From a virus (Duplodnaviria > Caudoviricetes): a stretch of 64,000 bases of DNA. The notes below the pieces were generated by a model. The model searched no databases and was not told the DNA's origin. It worked only from the letters and a program-made list of their open reading frames with translations. Below, piece after piece: positions 18,367 to 28,600 of this stretch. How positions within the stretch are numbered: position 1 is the stretch's first letter; each line of letters opens with the position of its first letter. Location of the stretch: the IMG/VR virus record IMGVR_UViG_3300031760_000001, positions 64,001 to 128,000 of that record; one strand, 5' to 3'. A program made the translations under genes and the position numbers.

Positions 18367-19164
18367 TTATTTTGTAAATTTTGCATAATCCGAATTAGGG
18401 GTTATTCTTACTTTCCTGTTCAAAAAATCAATAAATTTACCACCGTTCTTATTGTCAGGCATATTATTATAGTACACATAACTGCCATGTACAAAAGTCA
18501 ATATGTATTCAGAATTTCTGTGTAAATTATAATCGCTATAATTTATCCTAAGAGTGTTTAGATATTTTGAAAGTGTGTAAGTGAAATAACATTGGTCATT
18601 TTTATCCCTGCTTTCACAGGTAGTTTCAAGTATCATATTCACATCATCAATAAAATTCAGCACTTCCTTGGTGTTTTTATAGAATTTTATGGTTGTCTCT
18701 ATCAATCCCTTAGTCTTTAAATCATAGTCACAAACAGTTTTAACAAAGATATCTAGAAACTCCTTATCTTCACCCCTGGCATTAATCCATTCATTATATT
18801 CGTCTATAAAATTATCACGGTCAGGATGTGGAGCCACCGTCATATCATATTTGAATTTATCCATATATTTGATAATATCATCCAACGGCTTATAGATTTG
18901 TATACTCCCGTCAACCTGGACAAAGTAATCATATTGCTCAAAATTAGGTATATACTTATAAAAAGTATACTTGAATTTAAGTGTCTTCTGAATGCCTATG
19001 TATTTATCAGTGTCGAATTCATTTAAATATATTACTTTCCATTTTTCAGACGTTGTGTTGGGATTGTCTGTAAACAAGAAATAGTCACAGTTTTCACCTA
19101 ATTCTACTGGTTCCCTTACAACCTCATAATCATTAAAGATAAATGTGCAAATACAATACTTCAT
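18367..19164 (-). CDS. Glycosyltransferase, DUF616-like (GT-A)
   Basis: ICTFIFNDYE, YFLFTDN, QVDGSI, HPDR, DQCYF motifs. Confidence 0.7.
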   Translation of the reverse strand: MKYCICTFIFNDYEVVREPVELGENCDYFLFTDNPNTTSEKWKVIYLNEFDTDKYIGIQKTLKFKYTFYKYIPNFEQYDYFVQVDGSIQIYKPLDDIIKYMDKFKYDMTVAPHPDRDNFIDEYNEWINARGEDKEFLDIFVKTVCDYDLKTKGLIETTIKFYKNTKEVLNFIDDVNMILETTCESRDKNDQCYFTYTLSKYLNTLRINYSDYNLHRNSEYILTFVHGSYVYYNNMPDNKNGGKFIDFLNRKVRITPNSDYAKFTK

Positions 19165-19223
19165 GTCATTTTCGTTATTTACTTTAATAATATAGACAAT
19201 TCGGGAACAAAAACCAAATAAAA

Positions 19224-19248
19224 AAGCGGGACTTTACCAATCCCGCTT
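19224..19248 (-). terminator. Intrinsic terminator after metK
   Basis: aagcggga...tcccgctt with T-run on the minus strand. Confidence 0.7.
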
Positions 19249-19276
19249 GTTATTGTTTAATCAAATTAATTTCAAA

Positions 19277-20455
19277 TTAAATTAAATTAAACATTTTTTT
19301 AATTTCACCAACTTCATTATCCCACACAATTTCCCAGGGATATCCAAAACCGATTGTAAAATGCCCAAATTTAGCTGTTTTCAGGTATCTAGGTTCCTTT
19401 AAATCCAAAGTTGTGATAATACCATAAGGGGTAAAATCAAATAACTCTGGTATTTTTTCAGCAATATAATTGTCATTTAATCCGTTTTTGGCTGTACCAT
19501 ATGTATTAACCATGAAACTGATTGGTTCTTTCTTACCAATGGCATATGAAACTTGCAAGCAAAGTCTATCAGCAACACCTGCAGCTACAAGGTGTTTGGC
19601 GACATAACGGCACATATAGGCAGCACTTCGGTCAACCTTTGAGGGGTCTTTACCTGAGAATGCCCCGCCACCGTGTGGACATGCACCACCATAAGTATCA
19701 ACAATAATCTTTCTTCCAGTCAAGCCAGTATCGCCAGCAGGACCACCGATAATGAATTGACCAGTTGGATTTACCAAAAGTTTATACCCATCAAATGAAA
19801 TTCTATCCATATATTCAGGTATAATCGATTCCTGTATAATCATATCAACAAGACTTTCAATCTCGATTTGTTCAATATCTGGGTCATGTTGCTGTGAAAC
19901 GAGTATGGTATCAACTCTAATAGGCTTGCCATCATCTGAATATTCAATGGTAACCTGTGCCTTGGCATCTGGTCTTAATCCTATAAATAACCTATCATGA
20001 CGCATACGTTGAAGTTCATTAATGATTTTACGGGAAATTACTAATGTTAATGGCATATATTCCATACTTTCATTAGTGGCATATCCGAACATCATACCCT
20101 GGTCACCAGCTCCCTGGTCTTCTGGTTTGTCTTTGTTAACCCCCATAGCAATATCAGGTGACTGTTTATTGATAGAGGTGATAATACCACAAGAATGGTA
20201 GTCAAAACCATATTCGCCTCTGTCATAACCAATTTCCTTGATTGTCTTCCTGACAGTTTCGTCAATATCAACATAGGCGTTGGTTGTCATTTCGCCAGCA
20301 ACGAAAACCTGACCCTTTGTTACCATAGTTTCAATAGCAACTCTGCTGTCTAGGTCTTGTCTCAATGCTTCATCCAAAATAGCGTCACTAATTTGGTCAG
20401 CAATTTTATCTGGGTGCCCACAGGATACCGATTCCGATGTAAATAAATAACTCAT
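19277..20455 (-). CDS. metK: S-adenosylmethionine synthetase
   Basis: FTSESVSCGHPDKIADQISD, GAGDQG, GGGAFSGKDPSKVDRSAAY. Confidence 0.97.
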   Translation of the reverse strand: MSYLFTSESVSCGHPDKIADQISDAILDEALRQDLDSRVAIETMVTKGQVFVAGEMTTNAYVDIDETVRKTIKEIGYDRGEYGFDYHSCGIITSINKQSPDIAMGVNKDKPEDQGAGDQGMMFGYATNESMEYMPLTLVISRKIINELQRMRHDRLFIGLRPDAKAQVTIEYSDDGKPIRVDTILVSQQHDPDIEQIEIESLVDMIIQESIIPEYMDRISFDGYKLLVNPTGQFIIGGPAGDTGLTGRKIIVDTYGGACPHGGGAFSGKDPSKVDRSAAYMCRYVAKHLVAAGVADRLCLQVSYAIGKKEPISFMVNTYGTAKNGLNDNYIAEKIPELFDFTPYGIITTLDLKEPRYLKTAKFGHFTIGFGYPWEIVWDNEVGEIKKMFNLI

Positions 20456-20459
20456 AATA

Positions 20460-21284
20460 TTATAAATTAATTAAATCTTCAACATCATCATTAAATGCTT
20501 CGTAATTGTCAATCTTGAACTTGAATATGCGGTAGTCGTTCTCAACCTCAACGTGTTTATATGTCATATCCTCGACATTCCATACCACATATCCATGACC
20601 AGTGACATTCTCATCCTCAGCTTTCTGGAAAACCGAGCCTGAATACACAATGGGAACACCGTCTTTCTTCAATTCCTGGAACTTGTGTATGTGACCAGCC
20701 ATCACACAGTCACACTCCGAGAATATTGAAGTGTCAACACCGTCGCCACACATTCTTCCGACATCTGTAACAGCACCCTTCACATCACCGTGATACAAAC
20801 CGATAATCTTGTGGTCTGGGTACATCTTGTGCTCAACGTTGGTTGGGGCAAAGTTATCGTGCATTGAAAAAAGTGTCCAGATTATGTTGTCATCCTCCAC
20901 ATATCCAGACTTAAAGTCTAGATACTTGTCCAGATAAATGACATTATCGTATACATTCTCAATCTCAAAAGTAGGATTTATTGAATCCATCCTGTCGTGG
21001 TTATTCTCCAACATATCGTGGTTTCCCGCAATGATATAAGTCCTGCAGAACTCATTCAAATAATTCAACAGGGTATGGAACATTGCCTTAGCCTCGTTTG
21101 TTGTCTTGATTTTGTTTGTGAAAGTGTCACCACAAACTACTATCCTTATTTCATCTGGATTGTTGTCCTTTATCTCGTTATTGTATAACTGTTTTATAAA
21201 AGATTCAAGCATCTTGTCATAAGGACGCTTCTCACATGTATTTGGTATGTGTAAATCAGCAATTTGTATTACCTTGGAAATCAT
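20460..21284 (-). CDS. sbcD: Mre11/SbcD (gp47-like) metallophosphoesterase nuclease
   Basis: ADLH, GD, GNHD, YHG, GHIH and YSGS motifs; start reassigned to ATG 21284. Confidence 0.88.
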   Translation of the reverse strand: MISKVIQIADLHIPNTCEKRPYDKMLESFIKQLYNNEIKDNNPDEIRIVVCGDTFTNKIKTTNEAKAMFHTLLNYLNEFCRTYIIAGNHDMLENNHDRMDSINPTFEIENVYDNVIYLDKYLDFKSGYVEDDNIIWTLFSMHDNFAPTNVEHKMYPDHKIIGLYHGDVKGAVTDVGRMCGDGVDTSIFSECDCVMAGHIHKFQELKKDGVPIVYSGSVFQKAEDENVTGHGYVVWNVEDMTYKHVEVENDYRIFKFKIDNYEAFNDDVEDLINL

Positions 21285-21350
21285 TTTATTATATATTTTA
21301 TTTGATATTATATTCCCTATAACCAAATTTTGGTTATTTTTTCCATGAAT

Positions 21351-21361
21351 TAATATACAAA
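21351..21361 (-). promoter_or_regulatory. Class A promoter motif TTTGTATATTA
   Basis: Exact 11-mer. Confidence 0.7.
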
Positions 21362-21389
21362 ATTTTTGGAATGTGAATAAAATAAAAAA

Positions 21390-21409
21390 GCGGGATTTTT
21401 TAATCCCGC
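21390..21409 (-). terminator. Intrinsic terminator after LRR paralog
   Basis: gcgggatt-N4-aatcccgc with T-run on the minus strand. Confidence 0.75.
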
Positions 21410-21434
21410 CTTAACATTATTTTAATATTTAAAT

Positions 21435-22610
21435 TTATGCTGTAGCTTCCTGTACTGTCCAGCCTGACGGAATGCCGTCAACATCACCAGGTATCCAACC
21501 TGACGCGTTTGGATGTTTAACAAATGTACCTGTTGATGCGACTTCACTAACCCAATCATCTGTACCTTCTGATGCTGGTATATCGGTTGCAAGACATTTA
21601 ATATAATTAAGATTACTACAGCCACTGAACATTCCATAATAACAATTAAAAACTAAAGTGGCCGCTGGCAATTCTGGCGCTGTTGTCAGTGCTGTACAAT
21701 ACTGGAACATCATACTATAACAATCACAATCCAAAGTAGTCGCTGGCAATGCAGGTGCTGTTGTCAAAGACGTACACATGATAAACATCATTTCATAACA
21801 ATGTGTTGCTAATGTGGTTGCTGGTAATGTTGTTGGTGCTGTTGTCAGTGCTGTACAACGGCTAAACATACGTGTATAACAATTATAGGTTACTGTAGTT
21901 GCTGGTAATTCAGGTGCGGTTGTTAATGATGTACAGGTTTGGAACATACAATAATAACAACTATCAGCCAATGTAGTGGCTGGTAATTCAGGTGTTGTTG
22001 TCAATGAGGTACAACCATCGAACATACCGTCATAACAATGGCTGGTTAATGTGGTTGCTGGTAATAACAAGTTAGCCGCATTGATAATGTGAGTATTTGA
22101 CATGAATAAATGATGAAAAGTATAAATAGAACCAGACGGGAATGTTGTTTCATTGCCAGTGAAGTTACTTCCATAAAGCAATGACATTATATTACCACCG
22201 ACATTGCAGTTACCTGTCATATTGATTGTGTTACAATACGGATTGTCGGTATCACACCACGTATTAGCACTACATCTTAAATACAGTTTACCGTTAGCAG
22301 GTATGGTTGCCGTGATTGCTGTTGTAGATGTAGTACCCATAGATTCCCAAGTTGTACCATCTGTTGATTTTTCAATTGTAAGGGTTGGAGCGCCTTCCAT
22401 AGGCCACTCTTCCGTGCCTTTTATTATACTTACAGTATTTGCACTACCACTAACATCCTCAATATAGAACGGAATTGTATAATCAACACCACTTGTCTTG
22501 CCAATAACAGGATTGCCATTGTTGTAAGCCAATCCAAGAAATCCAATTGTTGAATTGGCAATTGCTGCGTTCATATCAGCCACTGAGTCAAATTTACGTA
22601 AATATTTCAT
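21435..22610 (-). CDS. BspA/TpLRR-like LRR protein, paralog of 7687..10413
   Basis: Same MKYLRKF start, same beta module (GTTSTTAITATIPANGKLYLRC), six LRR units, same C-cap. Confidence 0.82.
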   Translation of the reverse strand: MKYLRKFDSVADMNAAIANSTIGFLGLAYNNGNPVIGKTSGVDYTIPFYIEDVSGSANTVSIIKGTEEWPMEGAPTLTIEKSTDGTTWESMGTTSTTAITATIPANGKLYLRCSANTWCDTDNPYCNTINMTGNCNVGGNIMSLLYGSNFTGNETTFPSGSIYTFHHLFMSNTHIINAANLLLPATTLTSHCYDGMFDGCTSLTTTPELPATTLADSCYYCMFQTCTSLTTAPELPATTVTYNCYTRMFSRCTALTTAPTTLPATTLATHCYEMMFIMCTSLTTAPALPATTLDCDCYSMMFQYCTALTTAPELPAATLVFNCYYGMFSGCSNLNYIKCLATDIPASEGTDDWVSEVASTGTFVKHPNASGWIPGDVDGIPSGWTVQEATA

Positions 22611-22670
22611 AAGTTTAAACCTAGATTAATTAATTATTATTACATATAAATAGTTTGAAAAATAAAAAAA

Positions 22671-22693
22671 AAGAACGGTTATTCGCCGCTCTT
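22671..22693 (-). terminator. Intrinsic terminator
   Basis: Hairpin overlapping the stop codon, followed by a long T-run on the minus strand. Confidence 0.55.
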
Positions 22694-23602
22694 CTGTCTT
22701 ATTTTAATCGGTATGTATTGCTGTGTGTTCTGTTTGTTTTCCAGTCTGATAATTGAATACCTGTCACCGAAATTATTTTTCTCATTGCATTTCAATTTAA
22801 TTTTTTTACCAATTACTTCCACATCCAGCCATTGTGGAACCGTTGCCACACCAACTGGTGAATCCTTTACAATTGAGTATTCTGTCTTCGACATTACCAC
22901 AACATATTCAGTTGAAATTACATTTATCTCAACTGGGTTGGTATAATTCACATCAATTTCGATTGTCTCTCCGTTATTTGTGTATTCCTTACCGTCATAT
23001 ACAACAACCATTTTGCCTATTACATCCTCAGTGGTTACTTGGACTATGGAAAATTTCTTCTCCAAATCCCATTTAGGATAATCAATACCGTTGTTCTTGC
23101 AGAACTTCTTGAACGCTGTGTAATCTGAGTGTTTCACTGTGAAATCACCTTTAAGTGTTTGTGGTATCCTCAAAATGAAGTCATTGTACATATCACTGTT
23201 GTCCCACACTTTCTGTATGTAAGGCTCCAGTTCCTTGCACTTAATCATTTGATTCGGTCCACCGTAAACTGTTAAATAGATATCATACGACTGGTTTTCA
23301 TTATAATAGTTTTGATATAACACAACATTAGACGGCATTTCAATACTTAAACTGTAATATCCTGTCTGTTCGACAATCAAGTCAATCTCATTATTGAATT
23401 TATCGAAAACCTTGACAACACCCGTCCTTGTGTTGAAGTCATATATTGTACCAACCTCCACAGTAAGGCTCATTGCACCAGTGGAAATAACAATCCAGGA
23501 GTCCTCACACTCATATCGCCAGGGAAGATTTGTTCCTCTGATATTGAAATTCTGGGTATATTTTCCCCCAGTGTAATCAAATTTTATTGTTTTACTCACC
23601 AT
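22679..23602 (-). CDS. BACON-like domain protein (tail-associated)
   Basis: WRYECEDSWI...RTGVVKV and PQWLDV...N..DRYSII..RQ; start reassigned to ATG 23602. Confidence 0.65.
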   Translation of the reverse strand: MVSKTIKFDYTGGKYTQNFNIRGTNLPWRYECEDSWIVISTGAMSLTVEVGTIYDFNTRTGVVKVFDKFNNEIDLIVEQTGYYSLSIEMPSNVVLYQNYYNENQSYDIYLTVYGGPNQMIKCKELEPYIQKVWDNSDMYNDFILRIPQTLKGDFTVKHSDYTAFKKFCKNNGIDYPKWDLEKKFSIVQVTTEDVIGKMVVVYDGKEYTNNGETIEIDVNYTNPVEINVISTEYVVVMSKTEYSIVKDSPVGVATVPQWLDVEVIGKKIKLKCNEKNNFGDRYSIIRLENKQNTQQYIPIKIRQKSGE

Positions 23603-24272
23603 CACCCAATTCAAATCCTGTTTCATTATTATTAGGTGCATACCTGACTGTTATCTGCACATTACTTTTCGGGTTGTTCCTATGACACAATTTTATTACA
23701 TAATAATTGTCATAATATAACGAAACTTTGCCATAATTGGTTATCTTAAGTTGTGAATTACTTAATTTAGTCAGTTTAAGCCCTTTGTCATAATATGTTA
23801 TAAAATAATTCTCATTATTGTCATTTCTAGCATACTCCACAATAGATGGAATAATAAAGTCACATGAACCGTTAGTTGTTGTAACTGTAATAATATGTTC
23901 TTCTTTAACAGGGTCTGTGCTGTCCAAAAGGTTGTCAAATTCAATCTCATCTGTATCAACTGATATTGAATAGTCGCAAACAGCCTGGTTAATAACAAAA
24001 GAAACATAGACACCGCTGTCCAAATTATGATGGAAACTTATAAAACCTGTGCGGACATCATATCCGTCATTTTTAGCAAAAATAATTTCAATTTCATTAC
24101 GGAGCCTTTTTATTGTAATCCAATTGTCATAACACTCGATATGGAAATCGTTTACCAGGTCGCTACCGTCAACATAAACGGTAACATTGGATGTGGTTTG
24201 TTCATACCCAATGTTAAAGAAATTACTAATTTCGCTATATTCCTGACCGTCTATGTTAACCTTCAATGTCAC
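23592..24272 (-). CDS. BACON-like domain protein (tail-associated)
   Basis: DNWITI...N.G..RTGFISF...INQ. Confidence 0.6.
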   Translation of the reverse strand: MTLKVNIDGQEYSEISNFFNIGYEQTTSNVTVYVDGSDLVNDFHIECYDNWITIKRLRNEIEIIFAKNDGYDVRTGFISFHHNLDSGVYVSFVINQAVCDYSISVDTDEIEFDNLLDSTDPVKEEHIITVTTTNGSCDFIIPSIVEYARNDNNENYFITYYDKGLKLTKLSNSQLKITNYGKVSLYYDNYYVIKLCHRNNPKSNVQITVRYAPNNNETGFELGDGE

Positions 24273-25659
24273 TATTATTTGGATTAAGTTTTATAGTCAC
24301 AACACCCTTAATGACACTTTCTTCGTTATCATCAACAAACACAAACATTAAATCACCCTTGCTTGCAAGTTCACCTTTTGTTACATTACTGCCATCTTCA
24401 ACCCATCCTTTATTCATATAATATTCATATTCTGTTTCACACTCATTAATTGGGGTCATTGGTATTTCTTTCTCAAAGGTACAACTTGGGGTATATCCGT
24501 TTGGTACAATAACATATAGCGCTTTATATTCAGTTTCGCCACCTAAATCAGTTGTATATTCAACACCGTCTTCGGAATGTAATTCTTCAGGGGTAGCGAA
24601 TACTGGACCTTCACCCGTTTCTATACAGACACACCAGTTTGATGTAACGTCACCTGGAGTCGCTTTGACACCCTTGGCTGTGATTTCGACATCAGATGTC
24701 AATACAAATGTTAGTGTATTGTCTTTATATGTACCTTCACCATCCCAAATCCAGTCAACAGTATCGTAACCCTCTTCCAGTGTTGCAGTCAATGTAATGG
24801 TGGAACCGTCATCATATGCTCCCCCGTCACTAACTGACTCACCACTATCTGACATAATTCCAGTAACCTCACTAACACCCTCGCCAGCATTGAAATTAAG
24901 GGTGTGTTGTGTTACAACCTGATTAGCTCTGGCTGTTATACCACTCACTGGACTGTTTAATGTGAAGATTAGCACATTACCTGTTGGAACCGCGCCAGTC
25001 GGTATATTCCTCCATTCATAGAACACATAACCAGGCTCTGGTGTGGCTGTCAACTTGATTACAGTACCCGCATCATATTCCTGACCGTTTTCTATTATCA
25101 CCGTTTCCAGTTCATTGGTACCTGTGATTGACAATTCTTCTGAATCATTCCATGATACACTGTATTTCTGTGCTGGGACAGGTGATGAACTCCATATTGC
25201 TACAACTTGGTTGAAATTACCAATTGTAACAATATCACCAGCATCATAATCTACATCGTCATATCGCCATTTAAAAAATGTATCGTTAGTTTTTGTTAAA
25301 GTACAATCAGGTAACCTAACCTGACTATTTGTGTCAGTGAGTATTGAGTTCTGTACACCACGTCCCCCGTTTCTGTCAAATGTGACAACCTTTACACCAC
25401 TGGGCAAACCTGCATCAGGTATTTTCTTCACTAAATCGGTATTTAAAACACCATTTTTGAACCAATATTCGACTATTCCATTATCAGTTTCAATACCCAC
25501 CGTCAATCCAATATATCTCTTTGTGTAAATTACACCATTGACTACGGTTGAGTTCAAGAGCTGTAAAGCCTCGCTTACACTTTTATAAGGACCATAATAT
25601 GAATCCAGGTTAGCGTGTGGCTCATTACATGTTATAATATTATTTATACTTGTAGGCAT
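24256..25659 (-). CDS. Tail fibre/adhesin-like protein with InlB B-type repeats
   Basis: VTFDRNGG...FFKW; LTATPEPGYVFYEW; LTATLEEGY..VDW. Confidence 0.65.
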   Translation of the reverse strand: MPTSINNIITCNEPHANLDSYYGPYKSVSEALQLLNSTVVNGVIYTKRYIGLTVGIETDNGIVEYWFKNGVLNTDLVKKIPDAGLPSGVKVVTFDRNGGRGVQNSILTDTNSQVRLPDCTLTKTNDTFFKWRYDDVDYDAGDIVTIGNFNQVVAIWSSSPVPAQKYSVSWNDSEELSITGTNELETVIIENGQEYDAGTVIKLTATPEPGYVFYEWRNIPTGAVPTGNVLIFTLNSPVSGITARANQVVTQHTLNFNAGEGVSEVTGIMSDSGESVSDGGAYDDGSTITLTATLEEGYDTVDWIWDGEGTYKDNTLTFVLTSDVEITAKGVKATPGDVTSNWCVCIETGEGPVFATPEELHSEDGVEYTTDLGGETEYKALYVIVPNGYTPSCTFEKEIPMTPINECETEYEYYMNKGWVEDGSNVTKGELASKGDLMFVFVDDNEESVIKGVVTIKLNPNNSDIEG

Positions 25660-25671
25660 TTTATATTTTAT

Positions 25672-28600
25672 TTATTGAATGATTATTTCCGCTGAATCGA
25701 CACTTATACCACCGAAGTAGTATTGAAGTACCTTGTAATCCTCTGGCAAATCTGATATATAAGTGTCTGGAATACGTACAAGGCAAGGCTGTTCATTACA
25801 TTCTGTTACTGTGCTTGTTATACCGTCACTGATGTATTCCAAAACAACAGATTTGGACTCTGGCACAGCCATTACAGTGAAATCCGCCATACCGTTTATA
25901 AAAATATGGTCATCTTCACTGAAATTCATATCACTGGTTGACAATGACTGTGGCGCTTGGTAATCTGATAGATAGAAATATCCAACATTGTTGTATGTAC
26001 CGTCTTCAAGAACAAGTATTGTAGTACTTGGTATAACCTGAAGAACATATTTCATAATAACATTATCCAGGTAATCCTTATAATATACGTTATGTATATT
26101 GTTTGTTATTGTAAGCATTTTGCTTGGAAGTATATACCGCAATTCATTATCACCAATTAAATTGACAATCTTTTCACCACTATGTTCCGTCACATCAAAC
26201 TTGAACTGTGAAGCACTGATAACATCCGAACCTGAGGTAAACCCGTAATTATCTATAAGGTATTTGAATGGCATTCTGATATGCTCCAGATATTCATTAC
26301 CTAAATCATAGCCAGAATATCCGCAATGTGGATTGTTCCCCAAATTATCAAATACAATACTGTCACAATACTGTGCAAGTTTGATATCATCTTCTGTGAT
26401 ACCTTCAAATATACCGTAACTTGGATTAACATAACCATCATAAGGAATGTTTCTCCAGCTTGAGAACTGATTTGGATAATCAGCATTCACCAGCTTGAAC
26501 AAATGTGAAACATTGTTTGGTATTATTTGGACAAAATCACTTAAATCACTGATATCAGCGACATAATATATCCTTTTATACCCAACATTGAATGCGTTGA
26601 CCATCAACAATGATGATACATTCTGGATTGTTTCCATATATGGTATTGTTTCCAAATAGTCATATTCCTGTGTTTTTACAGTATCGTAATCATAACCAGG
26701 TTCAACCGATTTGCCCCAACCGCCTCTTGTTTCGAACTGAACATTACCGTCATAAACCCTGCCATGTATGAAATAAGGTACAATATAATGGTCATTATTG
26801 ATATACACATCATGGATTGGGGAACCTGAAAATTCATCATCGTCATAATTGAGTCTGAATATCTTATTGGATATCATATAATCACAAAATTCACCAACAG
26901 TCATTGAATTTAAATCATAATATTCCCCATTTAAATCTAATTTGTTAATACTGTCCTCTGTAGCTGGATTGGTTTCTAAATATTCTTCAAGTGATTCATA
27001 TTCACCAACTGGTGTTGTATAATCCTCTGGATTAACCTCCATTGGATTCTGTAATTCATAGTAATAGAAAATATCATCACGCCTTTTCGGTACAACGCTG
27101 TAATATTTCTCCTTGAATTCGAAATCTGGGTTTTCTTCATTATGGTTTCCAATACCAAACATACCAAAAACCATCTCAATTGCCTGTTTGGTGCCCTTTG
27201 TTCTGAATATCTCGCCAGTGCTTAGTGTTAAACGCTTCATGAAGTCGTTGTCAACCATATTCTGTGACACTTGCTCAACATTTCTTGAATTATACCATTT
27301 TTCATACGATACTGTTGCATCCACATATTTGTAATAATGGTCATCCTCTTGAACAATGTATGGTAATACCAACCCTTGACCTGGTTCATATTCGTGTTCT
27401 GTTTCATTATACACATAATAAACAGTGCCACTATCAATTATCTCACCAGCTCTATATTGGTAATAATAACCCCATCGTTCATTTTGGTCTAGTTTGTCAA
27501 CATAATTGTCAAGGAAATCCTGTGTCAAATACAAATTATCATTATCATTGGTTTTTGTTGAATAAATCTCCCACCCCAACAATGAAGCTTTGTCAGACAA
27601 TTCAGCGTTTCCAAGATTTTGCTGTTCATCATTATATGTTATACAATTTTTTAAATCAATTGAATCCACATAACGTTTGATGTCATCGTAGAATCTTCCC
27701 CATATTTTCAAAATACCTTCCATCCTGGTACCGCCAAATACGCCTTCTTCTTCCTGACCAACTTCATATTGTCTTGTATATGACCAGTCAAAATTAGTAA
27801 TAGCCTCGTGGGTCATACTTCTCCATATGTTGTTACACCACAAATCATCCATCACAGTTGCCAAATTATATAAAGAACTGACATATGAACTGAATGGTAC
27901 TGAATCAACTTCGATACAGTATCCGTTGTGCGGCCAAGAATACATCCTTTCAACATACATATAATCTGGTGTATTATTGTCAAATTGTATTGGCGTTATA
28001 AGATTGGTTGTGTAAATAGGTTCATATCGTCTATCCAACAATTTAGCTTCAAAACCATCCAACCCCTTGAAATAATTATCTATAACGCTGTCTTCTGGTT
28101 GAACCACCATATCCTGTACGGTAGTTGCCCACACAAGCATATTATCATAAAACACACCATACAAATGACCAACTTGGTCACTGTCACCATAAGTGAAAGT
28201 TATGTCATATTTTATTGTATAATTTTCAACACAATCAGTATACGGTCTAATCCAAACATTCCATGTCTTTATTTCTTGTCCATTCAACCTGTATTGTTTG
28301 AACGAGAATGGCATATTCCTTAATGTGTTATCATATCTTCCAAATGTGATGTTCGTGTTATAAAAATCAATAGTAAACGGATTTTCAACAACATAAACTA
28401 AACATTCTTCTGTATCATAAGTGTATTCAATTGCATAGTTATGGTGACCGTCGGTGATTATATCCTTAATGTGCATATAATGTTCACCACTATTATCCAA
28501 TCTATCAACATATCTGTTGGTTGACCAGAACCTTCCAGGGAACCATTTGACAATGTTTTCAATGGAAACTCTCACAAGTTCAACAGCTGAACCATAATAA

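Noticed and set aside
21317-21346. 9-codon uORF (MEKITKIWL) between the class A motif and sbcD
   Set aside because: Too short to distinguish from chance without ribosome profiling
19217-21409. 15-bp direct repeat aataaaaaagcggga flanking metK-sbcD as att sites or target duplication
   Set aside because: Both copies are the T-tract and stem of intrinsic terminators; no integrase or transposase nearby
7687-22610. Diversity-generating retroelement acting on the LRR or WG repeats
   Set aside because: No reverse transcriptase or non-coding template repeat in the window, and differences are not confined to adenines; a remote DGR cannot be excluded
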